A DNA stretch of 64,000 nt from Candidatus Campbellbacteria bacterium GW2011_OD1_34_28 (lineage in GTDB: Bacteria; Patescibacteriota; Minisyncoccia; Phycocordibacterales; UBA12079): NCBI GenBank assembly GCA_001029775.1, contig CP011215.1:682303-746302 (forward strand), in the 5' to 3' direction. Positions within the stretch are counted from its first letter, which is position 1. Every line of letters starts with the position of its first letter. Of this stretch, positions 38,104-47,733 are shown in pieces. Below the pieces are notes generated by a model, which saw nothing but the letters and a program-made list of their open reading frames with translations, did not search any database and was not told where the DNA came from. Both the position numbers and the translations under genes were made by a program.

Positions 38104-39580
38104 AATAATTCCAACTGCTCTGGTCAATACTATGATCAAAGACAGGTCCGTGCGTACATCAATCACCAAAGATAGCTTCCTCTACTTCTTCCACTTCTAC
38201 TATGCACACTATGTGAAATACGAAACAGCAGATTTTCAAAAAGAGATTATTCATAATCTCGAAAAAAGTGCTGTTGAAAATCTCTATGTCGTTGCGTTTC
38301 GTGGATCAGGAAAATCAACTATGGTGACAACTGCATACCCAATCTGGGCGATTCTTGGAAAACAACAAAAGAAGTTCTGTATCATTTTTTGTCAGACAAA
38401 AGCCCAGGCAAAACAGCACATGATGAACATCCGATCAGAGCTTGAGGGTAATGATGTTCTCAAAAGGGATCTTGGACCTTTTCAAGAAGAAAGCGATGAA
38501 TGGGGTTCGCACTCTCTTGTGTTCAAAAAGCACGGTGCAAGAATTACTGTCGCTTCGAGTGATCAGAGTATCCGTGGACTTCGTCATAATGAACACCGTC
38601 CCGATCTAATTATCTGTGACGATGTTGAAGATGTACAATCAACAAAGACTCGCGAGGGACGAGACAAGACCTATTACTGGCTTCGTGGTGAAGTTATTCC
38701 TGCAGGTGACAAAACTACCCGACTGATTATCGTTGGTAACTTACTCCACGAAGATTCGCTCCTCATGCGTATCAAAGACGAAATCGCTCAAGGTAAGGCA
38801 AAAGGTACATTCAAGGAATATCCGTTGCTCGATAAAAATGATGTTTGTCTGTGGCCAGGAAAATACAAAGACACAAAAGATGTTGCGGATGAAAAAATGA
38901 AAGTGGCGAGTGAAATTTCATGGCAACGAGAATACTTACTCCGCATCATTCCAAGTGACGGTCAGGTGCTTTACCCAGAATGGTTCTGCTACTACGACGA
39001 ATTGCCTGGAGCAAGTCATATAGCGTATCGTGGTACTTATGCTGGAGTAGACCTTGCAATATCTTCTAAAGATGCGGCGGACTTCACCGCAATAGTTTCT
39101 GCACATGTCTATGGTCGTAGAGAGAAAATGAGAATATATATTCTACCTAATCCGATTTGTCAGAAATTGAACTTCCCAGCACAAGTTGATCTCATGAGAA
39201 ATTTCAAAGCAACACAAATGCCTCGGTACACCGATAAATTCTTTGTTGAAAGCGTTGCATATCAAGAAGCACTACCGCAGATGTTGGAACTGCACGGCAT
39301 CGAAGCGCAATCTGTTAAGCCTAAGGGAGATAAACGAACGAGATTGTCGCTGACTTCGACATCAATCAAGTCTGGAATCATTAAGTTTCCGAGGCATGGG
39401 TGTGAGGATCTTATACGAGAAATGGTTGGATTCGAGATCGAAAAACACGACGATCTTGCTGACGCTTTTTCGCTACTGATAAATGCGACGCTCGATTATC
39501 ACTCACAGGAATCAACTTGGATTATGGCGTTCTTGGGTGGAGACACTATATATTACAGCGACTATGTTGATGTGGGTTAA
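38096..39580 (+). CDS. phage terminase large subunit
   Basis: Walker A VVAFRGSGKST; Walker B-like LIICDDVED; C-terminal RNase H-like nuclease (GVDLAIS...DFTAIV). Confidence 0.75.
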   Translation: MTKIIPTALVNTMIKDRSVRTSITKDSFLYFFHFYYAHYVKYETADFQKEIIHNLEKSAVENLYVVAFRGSGKSTMVTTAYPIWAILGKQQKKFCIIFCQTKAQAKQHMMNIRSELEGNDVLKRDLGPFQEESDEWGSHSLVFKKHGARITVASSDQSIRGLRHNEHRPDLIICDDVEDVQSTKTREGRDKTYYWLRGEVIPAGDKTTRLIIVGNLLHEDSLLMRIKDEIAQGKAKGTFKEYPLLDKNDVCLWPGKYKDTKDVADEKMKVASEISWQREYLLRIIPSDGQVLYPEWFCYYDELPGASHIAYRGTYAGVDLAISSKDAADFTAIVSAHVYGRREKMRIYILPNPICQKLNFPAQVDLMRNFKATQMPRYTDKFFVESVAYQEALPQMLELHGIEAQSVKPKGDKRTRLSLTSTSIKSGIIKFPRHGCEDLIREMVGFEIEKHDDLADAFSLLINATLDYHSQESTWIMAFLGGDTIYYSDYVDVG

Positions 39581-39599
39581 ATATAGCTCGCGAGTATCT

Positions 39600-40202
39600 T
39601 CACTCTTCGTTCTCAATTCTTCTTCTGCGCTCGTCTAGTGTTTCGCCGTCATACATCCAGTAGTCTGTTCCAGCTACTCCGTAATCATAGCCAAGTATCT
39701 TTTGTGCAGAGGTGGAGAGACTGGTTATCTCACCTCCAAACTCAATAGTGTTGTTATCAACGACTTGGGCTTTAATGTTTTCGTCTCGGCTAAATACCAA
39801 TTCGGATCCGACAGGAATATCAACGATACTAAAATTAAATTTCGATCTCCGTGTACGCGCCTGATTCAATGCTTCCTGATCTTCTTTGGACTCAACAAAA
39901 TCTTTTTTCGGAGTAATGTTTTCTATCTCTGCTAATTTAAGGGCGGCCACCACTCGCTCTGGTGAAATATGGAAAAATTCTCTTCTTGGATTTATACGAC
40001 TATCATCAAAAGCGTCGTGTAGTTGCTGTTCAACGAACGTGGCACTATTTACTGTACAGGCGTAAAAACAAGTAAATGGAATAGGGACACTTGTTGAAGA
40101 ACTCAGCTCTCGAATTCGTTGTTCTAAACTCGTGGAAGTTTTACCTATCTTTACATAACCAGGCATCGCCTCGTTTATGAGGATATAAATTATTTCGTTC
40201 AT
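39600..40202 (-). CDS. GIY-YIG nuclease superfamily protein (T5orf172/MUG113-like)
   Basis: N-terminus YILINEAMPGYVKIGKT...R.R... Confidence 0.55.
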   Translation of the reverse strand: MNEIIYILINEAMPGYVKIGKTSTSLEQRIRELSSSTSVPIPFTCFYACTVNSATFVEQQLHDAFDDSRINPRREFFHISPERVVAALKLAEIENITPKKDFVESKEDQEALNQARTRRSKFNFSIVDIPVGSELVFSRDENIKAQVVDNNTIEFGGEITSLSTSAQKILGYDYGVAGTDYWMYDGETLDERRRRIENEE

Positions 40203-40330
40203 GTTGTTGGTTCGGTTTTCTAATAATTAGGTGGCCAGATACACAAAAATCCCGCCACCAGAAGGAGACCTTTCGATCATCCCTACCTAAGTTTCCCTAG
40301 GTAACCGAACCAACGACCCTGATGACGGGG
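40203..40330. repeat. structured inverted-repeat region upstream of the serine recombinase (candidate recombination site)
   Basis: ttgttggttcggtt ... aaccgaaccaacg inverted pair flanking ggtggcc...gccacc, plus a third ttggttcgg copy. Confidence 0.35.
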
Positions 40331-40554
40331 TTTTTACGTTGGTTCGGATTTGCAACCATATCCTTTGGAAAACCAAAGGGGTTAGGTCGACTGATATTCA
40401 GTTGTAAATTAATAATAACATTTTCGACTTTATTATTCTAGATTGATTGTATCGCTGATACATGATTTTGCTAAGACTCTATATACGACCATGCTACGTA
40501 TCTCTAGTTCTGCATAGTCTATGCACCACCAACTGGTCTGTCATCAATATATGT

Positions 40555-41874
40555 ATGGAGACGCAGTATATAAATAATCTAGGTGTTAAGACCGAAGTGC
40601 CACGCATAAAGGTTCGTTACGTCCTGTATGCTCGTAAATCAACCGAATCAGACGAGAAGCAAGCTTTGTCGATTGAATCGCAAGTAAAAGAAATGTTATC
40701 AATCGCAGATCGTGACGGTCTTGAAGTTGTAGACATTAGACGAGAATCACACTCAGCAAAAGAATCGGGACAGCGACCAGTCTTCAAGGAGTTATTGGAA
40801 GACTTGAGACGAGGCAGGTATACAGGAATACTTACTTGGGCACCAGATCGTCTCTCTCGTAATGCAGGAGATCTTGGATCAGTCGTCGATCTTATGGATG
40901 AAAATAAGCTGATAGAGATCAGAACGTACGGACAACATTTCAAAAATTCACCAAACGAAAAATTCTTATTAATGATTCTTTGTTCTCAGGCAAAGTTAGA
41001 GAACGACAACAAAAGTATTAATGTGAAGCGTGGACTACGAACACGGTGCGAAATGGGATTACGGCCAGGTCCTGCCGTTGTTGGATATCTCAACGAAAAG
41101 CATTTAGATAAAAAGTGCCAAGTTGTTATCGACCCTGAACGAGCGCCTATAGTCAAACAGATATTTGAAAAAGTAGCGCATGAAAAATGGTCAGGGAGAA
41201 AGATATTTCATTGGCTCAAATTCGACCTGAATTTTAAGACACGAAGTGGCAACAAGGGGCTTACCCTAAGCAACATTTATCTCATACTCGAAAACCCTAT
41301 TTACTACGGAGTTTTCGAGTATCCGAGGAAAAGTGGAAATTTCTATACAGGAAAGCATGAACCGATTATCTCTAAAGAGCTTTTTGATCAAGTCCAAGAG
41401 CAAGTAAAAAGTCAGGTGTTACGAGTACAGGAACCGAAAGAATTTGCTTTCACCAAAATGATGACTTGTGGCTTATGCGGGTCTGGCATCTGTGCGGATG
41501 AGAAATTTAAGAAACTCAAAGACGGGTCAGTGAACAGGCACATCTACTACGGCTGTACAAAGTCCAAAGACAAGTACTGTAAGTGTGGGTACACAAACGA
41601 AATTGAGTTAATAGGGCAATTTGAAAAACTGCTTGATCGAATCAGCATTAGCGAAATCGGAATGAAAGAGAAGATCAAATACGAGGTTGAACGAATAAAG
41701 AAGTTTCAGCAATCAGTTTTGAACATCAAGCAACAAATCCAAATAAAAGACGTAGACATAAGAGATTATGCCAAATTTATTTTAAAAGAAGGGTCAATCG
41801 AAGAAAAGCGAGAATTGCTAACTTGTTTTAAGAGTAAAATTTTATTGAAAGACAAAACTATTTCTCTCGGTTAA
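40555..41874 (+). CDS. large serine recombinase (resolvase/invertase N-domain + recombinase domain + zinc ribbon)
   Basis: YARKSTESDEKQ...SIESQ catalytic Ser region; recombinase domain; Cys cluster. Start placed at the internal ATG at 40555. Confidence 0.8.
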   Translation: METQYINNLGVKTEVPRIKVRYVLYARKSTESDEKQALSIESQVKEMLSIADRDGLEVVDIRRESHSAKESGQRPVFKELLEDLRRGRYTGILTWAPDRLSRNAGDLGSVVDLMDENKLIEIRTYGQHFKNSPNEKFLLMILCSQAKLENDNKSINVKRGLRTRCEMGLRPGPAVVGYLNEKHLDKKCQVVIDPERAPIVKQIFEKVAHEKWSGRKIFHWLKFDLNFKTRSGNKGLTLSNIYLILENPIYYGVFEYPRKSGNFYTGKHEPIISKELFDQVQEQVKSQVLRVQEPKEFAFTKMMTCGLCGSGICADEKFKKLKDGSVNRHIYYGCTKSKDKYCKCGYTNEIELIGQFEKLLDRISISEIGMKEKIKYEVERIKKFQQSVLNIKQQIQIKDVDIRDYAKFILKEGSIEEKRELLTCFKSKILLKDKTISLG

Positions 41875-41880
41875 TAACCT

Positions 41881-44800
41881 TTATTCATAAAACTTACCGC
41901 CAGAAATATCAAAGAATTTCTCAAAGAAACTCGTCAGCTTATCTATAACACTTTCACGTTTTTGAGTACGTTCACCAGTTGGAGAAAAGCGAGATACTGG
42001 TGGTAAAACTTTTGTAATAGCGGTACCAGTCGTTGCGATGCTTCCATCACGGAACGCGTTTTTTATAAACGTGACAGTCTCATCATGATCAAGATTTTCA
42101 CTAGTGATAATTTGCTCAAGTTCTTCAATCTTTTTCTTATCAACAAACTTCTGCCAATCGTCATCCACCATTGAATGAACATCAAGGGAGGTTATAAACT
42201 GATTGATGAGATCCTTTTTATTGCGTAATTCAATACTAGAATCTATCGCCTTATTAATATCAAGTAATAACTCACGATTTTTGATGTGGTCTTCGTGATA
42301 TTTTTTGATAAGTCCTAGGACATAATCAATATTGATTTCTATCTGCTTGATAAGCTCCATTTCAAACACCAGATCATCATTGATGTTCTCCTTAACGTCC
42401 TCTATTGTCTTGCGAAAGTCGTTGTAGAGATCAATATATATACTGTGATAATCCTGAATATCACGCTCAGTTAAAATCTCATTACCTGCAAACTCGTCAA
42501 ATGTCGTGAGAATATTACGCACTCGCAGAATTGCACTGTATAGTTTAATAAAATCTTTTTGACTTTGCTCGCCAACAATCCGCTGTCCCACAGGAAATTT
42601 TTCCAGAAGTTCGGCTACCAAACTCGCATATCCTCGAACTTCTTTCTCGTTATCTTTATATCCGTTGTAATACTCTGCGTACGATTTCAAAAGCACAATA
42701 CCACTAGCTTCTTTATCGCCAAAGAGTGCAATTGATTCATTGGTCGCTTTCTCTAAGTTACGGAAACAAACGATATTTCCAAAAGTTTTGACGCTATTTA
42801 GGATACGATTCGTTCGTGAAAATGCTTGAAGAAGACCATGTAATCGAAGATTTTTATCTACCCATAATGTATTGAGTGTCGTAGCATCAAAACCTGTCAA
42901 AAACATATTGACCACAATCAAAACATCAACTTCACGATCTTTTACACGCTGGCTGACATCCTTATAATAATTCTGGAATTTATCAGATGAAGTATCATAG
43001 GAAGTCCCAAACATTGTATTGTAATCCTTGATGGCACTCTCCAAGAAATCTCGCGAACTCACATCTAGCCCACTTGTATCTTCTGAATTTTCATCAATCA
43101 TTCCGTCTGCGTCCTCGTCATTTACACCAAAACTAAAAATGGTTGCGACTTTGAGCCGTTTATCGCTAGGCACTTCCGCAAGTTGTTTTTTAAATTCAGC
43201 ATAGTACTTTTTAGCAACATCAATTGATGAGACTGCAAAAATGGAATTGAACCCAGCCAATCTTCGGTCCTTTATTTTATAGAAACTATTACGCTTTGTT
43301 TTTTGATCAAAATGTTCACGAATGTATCCAACAATATTCGCTAGACGTTCTGGTGAAGCAAGTACAGCTTCGCGGTCAATATCACTGACTTTTTTGTCTT
43401 CAATGTTCTCAGCTTCGCGAACAGTAGAAACGTAGTCAACCTTGAACGGTAGAACATTTTTGTCGGCAATCGCATCAACGATAGTATAAGTGTGTAATTT
43501 TTCACCAAAAGCTTGCTCTGTTGTCTTCAAGTCTGGTCTACCCCCAGAAGATGCGTTAATAGCAAAAATTGGAGTACCAGTAAAACCAAAGAGGTGGTAA
43601 TTCTTGAAAGCTTTTATAATGCCTGCGTGCATATCACCAAATTGTGAGCGATGACACTCATCAAAAATAAGCACAACATGACCATCTAAAATAGCATGTT
43701 CATTATTGCGTCCAATGAAGCGATCCAGCTTCTGAATAGTTGTGATGATTATGCGTGCGTTCGGATTTTCGAGCTGCTTCTTCAATATCGCCGTAGAAGT
43801 ATTGCTATTTGCTGAACCCTTCTCAAACTTGTCGTATTCTCGCATTGTCTGGTAGTCCAAATCCTTACGATCTACAACAAACACGACCTTATCTACATAA
43901 GGCAACTTACTGACTAACTGCGCCGTCTTGAAACTGGTCAAGGTTTTTCCTGATCCAGTCGTGTGCCAGATATATCCACCAGCCTCTACTGTTCCAAGCT
44001 TCTTGTAGTTTGTGCTAACTTCGATTCGACTTAATATCCGTTCGGTAGCTACTATCTGATATGGTCGCATTACCAACAACAGATGATCGGTAGTAAATAC
44101 ACAGTACCGAGTTAAAATATTCAAAAGTGCATGTTTCGCAAAAAATGTCTTAGCGAAATCCATTACGTCTGTAATCGGTTGATTGGTAGCATCTGCCCAC
44201 CAACTAGTGAACTCAAAACTATTGCCTGTACGCTTACCCTTTTTCGCACCGCCCTCGTTAGATTCTTTAATATGCTGAGACCTTGTGGTGTTGCTGTAAT
44301 ATTTTGTATGCGTGCCATTTGAAATGACAAACAATTGAACATATTCAAAAAGCCCACTTGATGCCCAAAAACTCTCACGCTGATAGCGGTTAATTTGATT
44401 GAATGCTTCGGCAATCGCTACACCTCGGCGCTTAAGTTCAATGTGTACTAAAGGTAATCCATTCACCAACACAGTTACATCGTAACGATTGGCGCGCTGA
44501 CCATCTTCTGTCGCATACTGGTTTATTACTTGCAGACTATTGTCATGAATGTTGTCTTTTTTTATAAGATAAATATTTTTTATGGTACCGTCGTCGCGCG
44601 TTAGATTCTTGATGTGATCTTCTTGAATAGTTGTAGTTTTTTCTTCAATACTTTGATTTGGGTTAGCAAGCTCGCCCACAAAGAAATGTTCCCATTCGGT
44701 ATCAGAAAAGGTAACCTCGTTGAGTTTCTCTAGCTGTTGTCGTAGATTCAAGACCAAATCATTTTCGGAGGTTAGCTTCAGGTATTCATACGCTTGTGTT

Positions 44801-44940
44801 TCAAGTTGCTGAATAAAAGCACGTTCCAATTCTGCTTCGCTTTGGTAATGAGTCGCACGCTTTGCATCAGGAGTGTACTGCGACACCACTGTGCTTTGTG
44901 AATTTTCGGCGACCAAATTGTATTTGTTGTTATTTTGCAT
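41881..44940 (-). CDS. hsdR: type I restriction enzyme R subunit
   Basis: 1019 aa; N-terminal nuclease; SF2 helicase motifs (TGSGKTLTSF, DECHRS); overlaps the hsdS stop. Confidence 0.9.
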   Translation of the reverse strand: MQNNNKYNLVAENSQSTVVSQYTPDAKRATHYQSEAELERAFIQQLETQAYEYLKLTSENDLVLNLRQQLEKLNEVTFSDTEWEHFFVGELANPNQSIEEKTTTIQEDHIKNLTRDDGTIKNIYLIKKDNIHDNSLQVINQYATEDGQRANRYDVTVLVNGLPLVHIELKRRGVAIAEAFNQINRYQRESFWASSGLFEYVQLFVISNGTHTKYYSNTTRSQHIKESNEGGAKKGKRTGNSFEFTSWWADATNQPITDVMDFAKTFFAKHALLNILTRYCVFTTDHLLLVMRPYQIVATERILSRIEVSTNYKKLGTVEAGGYIWHTTGSGKTLTSFKTAQLVSKLPYVDKVVFVVDRKDLDYQTMREYDKFEKGSANSNTSTAILKKQLENPNARIIITTIQKLDRFIGRNNEHAILDGHVVLIFDECHRSQFGDMHAGIIKAFKNYHLFGFTGTPIFAINASSGGRPDLKTTEQAFGEKLHTYTIVDAIADKNVLPFKVDYVSTVREAENIEDKKVSDIDREAVLASPERLANIVGYIREHFDQKTKRNSFYKIKDRRLAGFNSIFAVSSIDVAKKYYAEFKKQLAEVPSDKRLKVATIFSFGVNDEDADGMIDENSEDTSGLDVSSRDFLESAIKDYNTMFGTSYDTSSDKFQNYYKDVSQRVKDREVDVLIVVNMFLTGFDATTLNTLWVDKNLRLHGLLQAFSRTNRILNSVKTFGNIVCFRNLEKATNESIALFGDKEASGIVLLKSYAEYYNGYKDNEKEVRGYASLVAELLEKFPVGQRIVGEQSQKDFIKLYSAILRVRNILTTFDEFAGNEILTERDIQDYHSIYIDLYNDFRKTIEDVKENINDDLVFEMELIKQIEINIDYVLGLIKKYHEDHIKNRELLLDINKAIDSSIELRNKKDLINQFITSLDVHSMVDDDWQKFVDKKKIEELEQIITSENLDHDETVTFIKNAFRDGSIATTGTAITKVLPPVSRFSPTGERTQKRESVIDKLTSFFEKFFDISGGKFYE

Positions 44941-46180
44941 ATTCGGGAAATGTTAAAAGCTTGCTTCGGTAGTATTCGTATTGAGATCTGCGAGCTTTGA
45001 GTTCAGCTGGCAGACCGATAGAAATATCGTTCACGAGAGCATCGAATTTATCTAAAACTGTTACGATTTGTTCTTGTTCGGCGATAGGTGGAACTGGGAT
45101 TTTAATTTTTTTTAATTCTGCCATCGGAATACTCATAACAGGAGATCCAACAATTTTATTTTCAATTTGCTTTTTTGCAATTATAGAATTAAGGAAGAAT
45201 AACAAAAATTTTGAATCTACGACTTTTTGATTCGGTTTGATTACATATACACCCTCTTTTATGTTCCAATTCTTCGGTTTCTCTTTCACTAAAGCAGTTC
45301 TACCGATTGTTCCTGTTCCAGAAAACAAAACGTCGCCAACTTCCAGATTGGATCTATTATTTATCAATCTTAACGCTTCGTCATTTACCCTGTCAGTCTT
45401 TTCAAAAAATGTTACATTTAAGCCGTTTATTTCACGAACCGTAACATAGTAATTATTCGCGTCCTGAGTATTCAAAACAAAGTTTTTACGTGGATTCAAA
45501 CCTGTTTTAAGTGATAAAATAATATCACCCAATGTTTCCTCTCTAACTTTTTCATCAAATATAAATAGTCCAGAGCGATAATACTCATATTGCTTCTTCC
45601 TAGCTTCTAGCTCAGCTTCTAGCTCAGCTTCTAGCTCAGTAAAACTATTAAGAATAGTGACAATTTCTTCTTGGATTGCAAGGGGTGGGAGAGGGATTTT
45701 GAATTTCTTGACTTCATTATCTGAAATTGCTGGATAGCTGGCACCTTTCTGTGTTGCCTCTACGTAATCACAAAATTCAGATGAGCCAATCAGATGAAAA
45801 ACAAAATCAGTCAAAATTACACTGGTGTCTGGACGCAACACACAAAAACCAGTACTACAAATTTGTCCATCATATTGGGCTCCGATTACACAAAATCGTT
45901 TGAGTGTTGGCCTCGTTGTACCAAAAATAACATCACCCTTCCTAACTATTTTTTGTGCACGACTAGGTGCTGTGTCTGAATCTACCGTCTGTACTTCTGA
46001 AATAGCGTGTGTCACCCTATCTACAGATGATAAATCGATATACTGAAATGTTTTCCCGACATTATTTTGCCAATTTATATTCGAGGTCGGTTCACAGACC
46101 TTACCTAACTCCTTAAACTCAACCCCTTTAGGACAGAGTTGGGCAATCAACTTTTCAATTTTGCTTTGGTGTTTGGACAT
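44930..46180 (-). CDS. hsdS: type I restriction-modification specificity subunit (two TRDs)
   Basis: Duplicated TRD architecture with a central conserved region containing the ELEAELEAELEA repeat. Confidence 0.85.
   Translation of the reverse strand: MSKHQSKIEKLIAQLCPKGVEFKELGKVCEPTSNINWQNNVGKTFQYIDLSSVDRVTHAISEVQTVDSDTAPSRAQKIVRKGDVIFGTTRPTLKRFCVIGAQYDGQICSTGFCVLRPDTSVILTDFVFHLIGSSEFCDYVEATQKGASYPAISDNEVKKFKIPLPPLAIQEEIVTILNSFTELEAELEAELEARKKQYEYYRSGLFIFDEKVREETLGDIILSLKTGLNPRKNFVLNTQDANNYYVTVREINGLNVTFFEKTDRVNDEALRLINNRSNLEVGDVLFSGTGTIGRTALVKEKPKNWNIKEGVYVIKPNQKVVDSKFLLFFLNSIIAKKQIENKIVGSPVMSIPMAELKKIKIPVPPIAEQEQIVTVLDKFDALVNDISIGLPAELKARRSQYEYYRSKLLTFPEYAK
45603..45638. repeat. 12-bp tandem repeat x3 (agcttctagctc) in the hsdS central conserved region
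   Basis: Perfect 3 copies, in frame, encoding ELEA repeats. Confidence 0.8.
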
Positions 46181-46181
46181 A

Positions 46182-47729
46182 TTAAATTTGGCTAATTTTT
46201 ACCAGCAAAACATTGTAATGATACAAACTTAACTGCTTTTTTATATTTCTATAATTTATAATGCTGAAAAAGGGCAATTTTAAATCATCTTTACTTGTGC
46301 CTATAGCATAAACAATTGTGTACTCGGATGGATTTGGGTCACTCTCCAAGACTACGCTTTTATGAGAATTAATAAGTTTTGAATTGACTTCTTTTCTGAA
46401 TGATTTGTCTGTAAGCAACAAATCAGCGGATACCAGTCCCTGACTAAATAAATGGCTTAGTACGGCACTTGCCCCGTATTTCTTCACATGCACTAGGTGT
46501 TTATCAGACCTAACAAGATCAGCAAATTCAATTTTGCCTTTTCCTATCAAGTTAGTTTGACTTACACCACCATCAAGACACTGATAAGCAGTGTCATTCG
46601 TTGCAACTTTATTATTGTAAATATTTTCGTGATCATTCTTATCCCAGTCTGGCAAAGCAAAGGTCGCATCTACACGATACTCACTCTCAATCTTATTTTT
46701 GTAAGTCGCGTCTACTTTGTAATATTTACCAGCTACTAATAAATATTTCTCACTGTTGGAGTCGATTTCAGCATATAAACATTTATATATTGACCATTCT
46801 TTTATGAACTGATCATTGGTATCTACTTGTTGCACTTTTTTACTTTTGAGCAAATCTACTGTGATATTCGTCTTCTCGTCATCAGTCAACGAATCCTTAA
46901 AATCATCAAAAATGATATCCTGATATTCTGTAGCATTATTTCTGGCGCTATATTTAAAACATTTTGTATTTTCCCATTCAATAACTTCGGGGATTGCGAG
47001 CCAACAAATTACATCGGTCTTACTATCATCATTTATTTTTGAAACAATCTTATTATCTAAATCAGTTACCACCTTTTTATCGTTAACGGCAGAAAAATTA
47101 TCAAACCAATCAAATCTCTCTTTGTATTTATTGGAAATGTATGCCTTGTATAGCTCAAGAAGTACGTCATTAACCTCATCAACATTCCTTTTGATAGATA
47201 TACTAATTGCATCCTTTCCTATAACATTCTTTCCATACAATTCCTGATCCTCTGGTTCACCAACAACAGCCCTCATAATGTCCTGCTCAATATCAAAACC
47301 AAAATCTGCAACCGTTCCAATTCTACCGAGCTGTTCCGAAACATCTTTTAGTCCATTTTTAAAATTCTTTTTTTCAATTTTCTTTACTTCGCTTTTAATG
47401 ACACTAAGAGCTGTTTTGATTCCAAATTGCTCAACTATTACACCATCTTTGAACATTTGCCACCCATGACCGAAAGATAAACCGAAGTAAATGTCTTTAC
47501 TGTTATATTTTGTTTTTGTTATATATAGCCCCGAAGCAGTAGAATTCTTTAGATCTTCGATATTCTTATTGAAAAAATTATCTGTCCATGCTGGCTTTTT
47601 TGAAAATGATTTTTTGTAGTATAAGACCCCATTGTCAAAAATCTCATTCGTACTTACGTCCTTAACGACATCACTATGGTCTGTGATATTATCCTTAATC
47701 AAATAAATTGAGAGTTTTTGATTTTTCAT
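46182..47729 (-). CDS. uncharacterized 515-529-aa protein embedded between hsdM and hsdS (candidate R-M-associated defense gene)
   Basis: Translationally coupled both ways (4-nt gap after the hsdM stop, 1-nt gap to the hsdS start). No P-loop and no obvious catalytic motif. Confidence 0.4.
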   Translation of the reverse strand: MKNQKLSIYLIKDNITDHSDVVKDVSTNEIFDNGVLYYKKSFSKKPAWTDNFFNKNIEDLKNSTASGLYITKTKYNSKDIYFGLSFGHGWQMFKDGVIVEQFGIKTALSVIKSEVKKIEKKNFKNGLKDVSEQLGRIGTVADFGFDIEQDIMRAVVGEPEDQELYGKNVIGKDAISISIKRNVDEVNDVLLELYKAYISNKYKERFDWFDNFSAVNDKKVVTDLDNKIVSKINDDSKTDVICWLAIPEVIEWENTKCFKYSARNNATEYQDIIFDDFKDSLTDDEKTNITVDLLKSKKVQQVDTNDQFIKEWSIYKCLYAEIDSNSEKYLLVAGKYYKVDATYKNKIESEYRVDATFALPDWDKNDHENIYNNKVATNDTAYQCLDGGVSQTNLIGKGKIEFADLVRSDKHLVHVKKYGASAVLSHLFSQGLVSADLLLTDKSFRKEVNSKLINSHKSVVLESDPNPSEYTIVYAIGTSKDDLKLPFFSIINYRNIKKQLSLYHYNVLLVKISQI

Positions 47730-47733
47730 AACA

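Noticed and set aside
45603-45638. CRISPR array
   Set aside because: The repeats found in the window (12-bp x3 inside hsdS, 7-bp microsatellites) are tandem, without spacers. No repeat-spacer architecture is present anywhere in the window.
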